NCBI GenBank assembly: GCA_040904565.1 | Contig: JBBDTI010000054.1 | Span: forward strand, 1 to 64,000 | Direction: 5' to 3' | Source of the DNA: Rhodothermales bacterium | GTDB taxonomy: Bacteria > Bacteroidota > Rhodothermia > Rhodothermales > VXPQ01 | DNA length: 64,000 nucleotides | In this document: positions 57,217-64,000 of the stretch, one piece after another | Position numbering within the stretch: the first letter of the stretch is position 1 | How the letters are laid out: every line of letters starts with the position of its first letter | Notes under the pieces: generated by a model | Databases searched by the model: none | Told to the model about the DNA's origin: nothing | Seen by the model: only the letters and a program-made list of their open reading frames with translations | Translations under genes and position numbers: made by a program

Positions 57217-58062
57217 ATGTTCTTAAAGCGCAGGAACCTCAATCGGCGTGTTTTTTTAGGCGGCGTGTTAGGTTGCGTAACCGCCTGGCTCTTTTTCGCA
57301 GGCGACGTCCGCGCGCAGGCTGACGGCGCATTCGAATGGCCGGCGGACAACGTGATGGCTCTCAGCCTGAGTTTTGACGATGCGCGTACGAGCCAGGTGG
57401 ATGTCGGGCTCGATCTGTTCGATCGGACGGGTGGTCTGGTCACTTTCTTCGTGGTTCCGGGGGCCGTCGAGCAGCGCCTGGACGGCTGGCGGCGCATGCG
57501 AGCGGCGGGCCACGAGATCGGGAATCACACGCTCACTCATCCGTGTACGGGCAATTTTTCGTGGGCGCGCGACAAGGCGCTGGAATCGTACACGCGCCAG
57601 GCGATGCGTCATGAGCTCACGGCCGCTAACCGCCGTATAGAAGAATTGCTGGGCGTGACGCCGGCGGTGTTTGCCTATCCGTGCGGCCAAACGTTCGTCG
57701 GGCGCGGGGTCGAAACGCTGAGTTACGTGCCGCTCGTCGCAGAGCTATTCCTGGCCGGACGTGGGTGGTTGGACGAAGCGCCGAACGATCCTACCTTCGT
57801 CGATCTCGCCCAGGTGCTCGCCATCGAGATGGACGGGAAGACCTTCGAGGAGCTGCTGCCCGTTCTCGAACAGGCTGCGGCCGACGGGAAATGGGTGGTC
57901 CTGGCGGGCCATGAGATTGGAGACGGCGGAGCACAGACCACACGTGTTGACACGCTCGAACGGCTCATCCGCTATGTGAATGAGCCGTCCAATCACGTCT
58001 GGCTGGCCCCCGTCGGTACCGTGAGCCGGTATGTCGTCGAACAGCGAAGCTCCGGCCGCTAG
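57217..58062 (+). CDS. Polysaccharide deacetylase (NodB/CE4 family), exported
   Basis: Motifs LSFDDA, TFFV, HEIGNHTLTHP, FAYPCG, VLAGH. Confidence 0.9.
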   Translation: MFLKRRNLNRRVFLGGVLGCVTAWLFFAGDVRAQADGAFEWPADNVMALSLSFDDARTSQVDVGLDLFDRTGGLVTFFVVPGAVEQRLDGWRRMRAAGHEIGNHTLTHPCTGNFSWARDKALESYTRQAMRHELTAANRRIEELLGVTPAVFAYPCGQTFVGRGVETLSYVPLVAELFLAGRGWLDEAPNDPTFVDLAQVLAIEMDGKTFEELLPVLEQAAADGKWVVLAGHEIGDGGAQTTRVDTLERLIRYVNEPSNHVWLAPVGTVSRYVVEQRSSGR

Positions 58063-58068
58063 GATGCG

Positions 58069-60642
58069 CTACTCACCGCCCTCTTCACCTTCTTCCGCCT
58101 CGACGGCCTGATTGATGCCCTCGAGAATGACGGCCTGCTTTTCGGCGTTCTCCACGCTGCCGAGGTAGGTGGACAGCGTGGCGAGCGCGTCTTCCGTTCC
58201 GATCGCAGCGATGCGGCTGACGGTGAAGGAGAGGATGCGTGGGAGCTGGGCGGCGAGAGCCACGTCCATCGCCCTGTTCAGGTCGGTCGGGACGACCGGT
58301 TCCATGGCATACCAGGTCATGAGGGGAAGATTGCGATCGCCCGCATCTTCCGCCCGCCGGGTAAGCCCCTCGAGCACGTCCCATCTATTTTCCGGTTCCG
58401 TTCGCTGCAGTGCGCTGGCGAGGTAGAGACGCACGAGCGACGAGGGATCGTCCACCGCCATCTGCTCGAAGCGGGCCAGGGCGGACTGCGGCACGTCCCG
58501 GTCTTCGGCGAGCAGCTGAATGGCCCAGCTGCGGAGATGCTCGCTCTCGTGATCGAGCAGTTCGACGAGATCCTGATCCTCGAGTCCGTCCGTCACGTGC
58601 AGCGTCCAGAGCGCGCGCAGCTTGCGCGTGACGTCCGGGTTGTCGTTCAGCATGGCCCACAGCGCATCGTGCACCCCGGCGTCCGCTCCGCGCTCCTGCA
58701 GGAGGAGCCGCGAGCGCCGTACGTACCATTCGTTCTGATGCAGCTGCAGCTCGGCGAGCTCCGCCGACGAGCGTTCCGCCAGATTCACGTCCACCCATTC
58801 GTCATTTTCATGCGTGATTTTAAAGATCCTCCCCGTCGAGTGGTCGTGGCTCTCCGGGTTGCCGTGGTGGCACTGGTTGACGTCGTACCAGTCGATCGTG
58901 TAGACCGAGCCATCCGGACCGTACTGCAGGTCGAGCATCTGCGAGTAGCTGTCGTTGGCCAGCAGGAAGTCGGGGCCGTGGCGGCCGACGTATCCCGATC
59001 CGTCGCGCTCCAGGATGTCCGTGTTGGCCCGGAAGCCGTGCACGTTGTTCATGAAAAGCCGGCCGTGAAATTCGTCGGGCCAGGAGTCACCGAAATAGAA
59101 CATCGCTCCGGCATGGGCGTGTCCGCCGCCGGCCGCGCCGGAGCGGCGATTGCCCGCGTGCGGTCCGCGGTTTCCCACCCAGTGGACGTGGTCGCCGGTG
59201 TGATCGAGGTCGTCGTATACGTAGGGATTAAAGTGTTCCCCGGCCTGACGCATGATACGCGCTCCCTGGATCGCATGATGTAGATGAGGGATGACGCAGG
59301 CGGTCATGAAGCCGTGCCCGTATTCGTTCCAGTCGATGCCCCAGGGGTTGCTCGTACCGTAGGTGAACACCTCGAACTCGTGGCTGGTGGGGTGGAAGCG
59401 CCAGGTTCCGGCATTGAGCTTTACGCGCTCCTCTTCCGGCGTGCCCGGGGCGCCCACATTGGAATGGGTAAAGACGCCGTGCGTGCCGTAGAGCCATCCG
59501 TCCGGTCCCCATGAGAAGGAATTCAACGTTTCGTGCGTGTCGTGATACCCCCATCCGTCGAGGAGGATTTCCGGCTCACCCGCCGGCCGGTCGCCCGATG
59601 CGTCGATCGGAATGTACATGAGGTAGGGGGCGGCACCGACCCAGACGCCTCCCAGGCCAACCTCGAGGCCGCTTATGAGGTTAAGCCCTTCCGTGAACAC
59701 CTTTCGGCTGTCCAGCGAACCGTCGCCGTCGGTATCTTCGAAGATGAGGATGCGGTCGCGGCCTTCGCCTTCTTCCGCGCGCACGGGGTAGGTATGGGCT
59801 TCGGCGATCCAGACGCGGCCTCGCTCATCCAGCGCCATCGCGATGGGATTGATCACGTCCGGCTCGGCGGCCGCGAGCTGGGCGCTAAATCCGTCGGGAA
59901 GATCCATGGCCGCGGCGGCCTGTTCGCCGGTTAGTCCGGCGTGGACGACCTCATCCCACGCCGGGAGTGCAGAGACCTCCGAAGACTGAATTTCGTTCGG
60001 GAAGGACGGCCGTTCCGCGTGGAAGCGGAAGTGATCGAAGCTGATGTGGGCGAATGGGTTTTCTCGGATGTACATGGCCGTGGAAGCACCCGCATCCGCG
60101 TCGACGAGGCGGATGAAGATCCGGTCGCCGACGTGATCGCTCAGATCGGCCACGACGGGGCGAAGTTCAAACGAGTTCGTGCCGCTCATCGAAAAAACGA
60201 CTTCAGCGCCGTCCGTCAGAACGAGTTCCGCCCGGGTACTTTCGAATGCCCCGCCGGCGAGCAGGAAGCTCGCATACGGTTCCGTGACCTCGAACGCTAC
60301 CGACGTAAGCTCGCCCTGTCCGCTCGGGCCGTGCGCGAGGACGGAACTCACCCAGTAGTCGCCCTCGTGACCGCTCCGTGCGTCCTCTTCGCGCTCCGCG
60401 ACGATCTCGGCCTCACGCGAGGCGTACACGTCGCCCTGAACGGGCTGGCCTTCGAAGGCATCGCCGTCGGCCGTCCAGTCGGCCAGCGTGCCGGCCTCGA
60501 AATCGAGGTTGAGTGTGCGTCCGGCGTCATCCGTAGGGGCTACACCTGCATCCTGGGCCGCGGCGGGGGCGGCCGCGAGCAGGATGCAGGTCAGAACGAA
60601 AAGAAATACCTGCGGGAGAGACGTGTGCGTTGACATGATCAT
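58069..60642 (-). CDS. PVC-type membrane-bound-dehydrogenase-domain protein (beta-sandwich + propeller + HEAT), no heme c domain
   Basis: Motifs LPDGFSAQLAAAEP..PIAM..DERGRVW.AE..YP, DRILIFEDTDGDG, DTHETLNSF.WGPDGWLYG, SNPWG, GPDGSVY.IDWYD, then HEAT repeats. No CxxCH. Confidence 0.85.
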   Translation of the reverse strand: MIMSTHTSLPQVFLFVLTCILLAAAPAAAQDAGVAPTDDAGRTLNLDFEAGTLADWTADGDAFEGQPVQGDVYASREAEIVAEREEDARSGHEGDYWVSSVLAHGPSGQGELTSVAFEVTEPYASFLLAGGAFESTRAELVLTDGAEVVFSMSGTNSFELRPVVADLSDHVGDRIFIRLVDADAGASTAMYIRENPFAHISFDHFRFHAERPSFPNEIQSSEVSALPAWDEVVHAGLTGEQAAAAMDLPDGFSAQLAAAEPDVINPIAMALDERGRVWIAEAHTYPVRAEEGEGRDRILIFEDTDGDGSLDSRKVFTEGLNLISGLEVGLGGVWVGAAPYLMYIPIDASGDRPAGEPEILLDGWGYHDTHETLNSFSWGPDGWLYGTHGVFTHSNVGAPGTPEEERVKLNAGTWRFHPTSHEFEVFTYGTSNPWGIDWNEYGHGFMTACVIPHLHHAIQGARIMRQAGEHFNPYVYDDLDHTGDHVHWVGNRGPHAGNRRSGAAGGGHAHAGAMFYFGDSWPDEFHGRLFMNNVHGFRANTDILERDGSGYVGRHGPDFLLANDSYSQMLDLQYGPDGSVYTIDWYDVNQCHHGNPESHDHSTGRIFKITHENDEWVDVNLAERSSAELAELQLHQNEWYVRRSRLLLQERGADAGVHDALWAMLNDNPDVTRKLRALWTLHVTDGLEDQDLVELLDHESEHLRSWAIQLLAEDRDVPQSALARFEQMAVDDPSSLVRLYLASALQRTEPENRWDVLEGLTRRAEDAGDRNLPLMTWYAMEPVVPTDLNRAMDVALAAQLPRILSFTVSRIAAIGTEDALATLSTYLGSVENAEKQAVILEGINQAVEAEEGEEGGE

Positions 60643-60648
60643 TGCGAT

Positions 60649-61896
60649 TTAGTTTGCGTCTGAGAGCAATTGGGGTTGGGCATCCTCCCATTCCGAAGCG
60701 CTTACCATGCGCGTCTGGTGGTGGAAAACGAACGCCCCCTTCTTATTGACGACCAGGATGTCGGGCAGCCCGTCGTCATTGAAATGGCCGATCGTTACGT
60801 CGACGCCGACGCCGGAGTCGTCGTCGATCAGGTAGGGGATGAAGGACACGTCGCCGTCTTCAGAGCGGTCCAGCTTGAACCAGTAGAGGACGGCCGGCGC
60901 CTGTGATTCGGGGTCGCCGTGATCGCCGTGCGCGTACCAGCGCTTTCCGGTCACGATATCCAGGAGTCCGTCTCCGTCGATGTCGGCGACTTTCAGGGCG
61001 TGCGGCTGCGTGAATCGCACGCCATATGGACTGTCCTCGATCTCTTCACCCATGATGAGGTGTCGTTCGAACGTACCGTCCGGCAGCTGTTCGAACCAGG
61101 CCAGGCCGTATCCATGGGCCTCCAGGCTCGTGATGACGTCGTTCCGTCCATCTCCGTTCACGTCGTAGGCGTGCATGTGGGCACCGCCGGGTCCGAAGTC
61201 GACCTCGTGGTAGGTCCATAGGTCGTCCGAATCGAAGCCGGGATTCTCCCACCAGCCTTCGGCCAGGATCAGATCCGGCAGTCCGTCCCCGTCGACGTCG
61301 CCCGTGCCGAGGCCGTGCGTATAGCGGCCCCACTCGTGCTGCTCCGTCACGGGATGGAACGTCCATTCGTCGGTTGGACGATCGGGGTCGAAGGTCGTGT
61401 ACCCCATGTATCCGTCGGCCAGGTGGACGATCTCGGGCCGCCCGTCACCCGTGAAATCCTCGATATGCACCGATTCGTCATCGATCGTAGGATAGGCCAG
61501 ATGCCGCTCCCAGTGCCCGCCGTCATCCTGCGGATTCTCGTACCAGTACGCTGCCTCTCCGGGAAATCCGATCACGAGGATGTCGTTACGTCCGTCGCCG
61601 TTGAAATCGTAGACGTGCGCGAAAAACTTGTCGGAGTACTCCAGCACATCGAAGACGGTCGGTTCGATGAATTCGTGCCGCTCCTGGAAGTCGGGCCCCG
61701 CGTACCAGAACGGGCCGACCACCACATCCGGCGTGCCGTCGCCGTCGACGTCGCCGATGGCCCCGCCTTCCGCATAGAAGACGTCGGAGAGCTGGGTGCG
61801 CTCGAATTCGTGCACGGTCCGGTCTTCCGGACCGAACAGCAGATACCCCGAGGCGACGAGGATGATGGCTGCGGCGGCTACGTAGATCTTTTTCAT
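60649..61896 (-). CDS. FG-GAP/VCBS repeat protein
   Basis: Repeated Ca-binding D-x-D/N-G-D-G-x-x-D motifs, AHGYGLAWFEQ, DIVTGKRW.AH, and an N-terminal anchor. Confidence 0.9.
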   Translation of the reverse strand: MKKIYVAAAAIILVASGYLLFGPEDRTVHEFERTQLSDVFYAEGGAIGDVDGDGTPDVVVGPFWYAGPDFQERHEFIEPTVFDVLEYSDKFFAHVYDFNGDGRNDILVIGFPGEAAYWYENPQDDGGHWERHLAYPTIDDESVHIEDFTGDGRPEIVHLADGYMGYTTFDPDRPTDEWTFHPVTEQHEWGRYTHGLGTGDVDGDGLPDLILAEGWWENPGFDSDDLWTYHEVDFGPGGAHMHAYDVNGDGRNDVITSLEAHGYGLAWFEQLPDGTFERHLIMGEEIEDSPYGVRFTQPHALKVADIDGDGLLDIVTGKRWYAHGDHGDPESQAPAVLYWFKLDRSEDGDVSFIPYLIDDDSGVGVDVTIGHFNDDGLPDILVVNKKGAFVFHHQTRMVSASEWEDAQPQLLSDAN

Positions 61897-61900
61897 GGCT

Positions 61901-64000
61901 TCAGTCTCGGTTGACGAGCTCGTTGATTCCGTTCAATATGGCACGCCGCTGCTCCTGCGTATCGGCCTGCGACAGACGGCCCGACAGGGTCTGCAGGGCC
62001 TGCTGCGATCCGATTGCCGCGATGCGGCGGATCGTAAATTCAAGAATGTTCGGCAGCTCCGAGGCGAGGGCCACGTCGAGCGCCCGGCCCATATCGAGGG
62101 GCACGGTGGGCTCCGTGGCATACCAGACCATCAGAGGTTGGTTGTGGTCATCGGCGTCCTCGGAACGGAGGTGCAGTTCTTCAAGAACGGTCCACCGGCG
62201 ATCCGGTTCGATGCGCTGCAGTGCGGCGGCGACGTGGAGCCGTACCATGGCCGACTCGTCGTGGGCGGCCAGGCGAGTGAGAGCAGACATCGCGGCGTCC
62301 GAAATCTCACGGTCTTCAGCCAGCAGCTGAACGGCCCAGCTCCGGACGTATTCGTTTTCATGTGAGAGATACTCCACCAGCGCCGCGTCGGTGAGTCCGC
62401 CCGTGACGTGGAGAGCCCAGAGCCCGCGCAGCTGGTGTGCGGGCTCTGCTTCGTTGTCGATCAGGTCGTTCAGGGCGTCGTGGACGATTTCGTCGGCTCC
62501 CCGCTCTTGAAGAATACGCTGCGCGTGTCGGACGTACCACTCGTTATCGTGCGTCAGCAGGTCCACGAGCTCGGCGGAGGTCCGCTCCTGCACATTCACC
62601 CGCACGAACCGGTCGTTTTCGTGGCTGATCTTGAAGATGCGGCCCAGCGACTTTTCGTGGACGTCGGGATTCGGGCTGTGGCACTGGTTCTTGTCGTACC
62701 AGTCTATCGCGTGGACCGACCCGCCGGGTCCGTAGCGCAGGTTCAGCATCTGCGACCAGGCATCGTTAGCCATTAGAAAATCGTCTCCGTGGGTTGCGCG
62801 GTAGCCTGATCCGTCTCTCTCGAGAACGTCCGCGTTCACGCGGTACCCGTGGATGTTATTCATCAGGATCCGCGACCGGTACGTATCCGGCCAGCTTCCG
62901 CCCTGGTAGATCATGGCCCCTGCGTGCGCGTGCCCACCGCCTCCGCCGCGTCGGCTTCCGGCGGCCCAGCCCTTATCACCCACCCAGTGCACGTGGTCGG
63001 CGATCGTCTCGATGTCGTCGTACGTATATGGATTAAAGTGTTCGCCGGCCTGTCTGAAATAGCGGGCGCCCTGAACGACGTGGTATAGATGGGGGATGAC
63101 GCAGGCCGTGATAAACGGCTGTCCGTACTCGTTCCAATCGAGGCCCCACGGGTTGCTCGTTCCGTGCGCGTAGACCTCGAATTCGTGACGCGTGGGATGA
63201 TAGCGCCAGACCCCGGCGTTGAGGGGTGTGCGAAGCGAGTCGGGCGTTCCCGGTTCACCTACGTTCGAGTGCGTGAAGACGCCTTGCGTGCCGTAGAGCC
63301 ATCCATCCGGACTCCAGCGAAACGAATTAAGGGTCTCGTGCGTGTCGTGATATCCCCATCCATCAAGCAGGATCTCCGGCTCGCCGGCGGGCCGATCGCC
63401 GGAGGCATCGATCGGGATATACATCAAGTAGGGTGCTGCGCCGACCCACACGCCGTCGAACCCCACTTCGATGCCGCTGACGAGGTTGAGTCCCTCGACG
63501 AACACCTTCCGGCTATTTAGTGTGCCGTCGCCGTTCGTATCCTCGAAGATGAGGATGCGATCCTGCCCTTCACCGTCCGGCGCCCTGCGGGGATACGTAC
63601 GTCCTTCCGCGACCCAGAGGCGGCCGCGGTCGTCGTACGTGAAGGCGATCGGGCGAACGACGTCGGGTTCTGAAGCGGCGACCTGTACGGAAAACCCCTC
63701 CGGAAGGTCCATGGCCTCGACGGCCTCCTCGGCGGAGAGTCCGGCGTGCTCGGGAAGCTGCAGGGCGGGAAGCGGCTCGGTCTCCTCGCGGGTCAGCTCG
63801 TTGGGAAAAGATGGCCTCGTTTCGTAGAAGCGGAACCGGTCGAAGCGGATATGAGCCCACTGGTGCGGATCGTGGAAGGGGTTGGACCGTTCCCCGGTCT
63901 CTTCGTCGACGATCTCGATGAAGATATCTTCTCCCATGTATTCGCTTACATCGACGACGACGGGGCGCAGGGACGCGCCGTCATGGCCCGATATGGAATA
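61901..64000 (-). CDS. Second PVC-type dehydrogenase-domain protein, 5'-partial
   Basis: Frame is open to the window end (YSISGHDGASLRPVVVDVSEYMGE..). Colinear paralog of 58069..60642 with no CxxCH in the visible part. Confidence 0.85.
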   Translation of the reverse strand, partial: YSISGHDGASLRPVVVDVSEYMGEDIFIEIVDEETGERSNPFHDPHQWAHIRFDRFRFYETRPSFPNELTREETEPLPALQLPEHAGLSAEEAVEAMDLPEGFSVQVAASEPDVVRPIAFTYDDRGRLWVAEGRTYPRRAPDGEGQDRILIFEDTNGDGTLNSRKVFVEGLNLVSGIEVGFDGVWVGAAPYLMYIPIDASGDRPAGEPEILLDGWGYHDTHETLNSFRWSPDGWLYGTQGVFTHSNVGEPGTPDSLRTPLNAGVWRYHPTRHEFEVYAHGTSNPWGLDWNEYGQPFITACVIPHLYHVVQGARYFRQAGEHFNPYTYDDIETIADHVHWVGDKGWAAGSRRGGGGGHAHAGAMIYQGGSWPDTYRSRILMNNIHGYRVNADVLERDGSGYRATHGDDFLMANDAWSQMLNLRYGPGGSVHAIDWYDKNQCHSPNPDVHEKSLGRIFKISHENDRFVRVNVQERTSAELVDLLTHDNEWYVRHAQRILQERGADEIVHDALNDLIDNEAEPAHQLRGLWALHVTGGLTDAALVEYLSHENEYVRSWAVQLLAEDREISDAAMSALTRLAAHDESAMVRLHVAAALQRIEPDRRWTVLEELHLRSEDADDHNQPLMVWYATEPTVPLDMGRALDVALASELPNILEFTIRRIAAIGSQQALQTLSGRLSQADTQEQRRAILNGINELVNRD

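Noticed and set aside
58860-58890. NQCH as a heme-binding motif (also in the paralog near 62680)
   Set aside because: It has only one Cys, so it is not CxxCH.
1-64000. Numerous long Arg/Pro-rich or antisense ORFs in the six-frame track, and possible mobile or defence genes
   Set aside because: These are typical high-GC shadow frames over well-supported genes. I recognised no transposase, integrase, phage or defence motifs.

Overview
High-GC (about two-thirds by eye) bacterial chromosomal segment with about 52 densely packed protein genes. I found no rRNA, tRNA, CRISPR array, transposase or phage genes. A T9SS (Por) C-terminal sorting domain, DUF5916/CBM9 outer-membrane proteins, acidic proteins and sigma70-like TATACT -10 boxes suggest a Rhodothermota/Bacteroidota-superphylum organism (inference). 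Content is mostly carbohydrate and amine catabolism plus envelope proteins: a D-erythronate operon (denD-gntP-otnK-otnC-otnI), several Gfo/Idh/MocA oxidoreductases and sugar isomerases (many Tat-exported), a sulfatase, a BNR protein, a GH30-like protein, deacetylases and two PVC-type dehydrogenases. Housekeeping-type genes include recQ, a stand-alone infA, trpB2, ggt and two mscS. Best leads: (1) a translationally coupled xdhC / U-type Fe-S scaffold / mocA cassette with no desulfurase or molybdoenzyme nearby; (2) a 64-bp dispersed palindromic element present twice with a compensatory base change; (3) a clan GH-A protein whose expected nucleophile Glu reads Gly; (4) two internally deleted genes; (5) PVC-type dehydrogenases lacking the heme domain; (6) many short tandem repeats at gene ends. 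All family calls come from motif recognition, not database searches.
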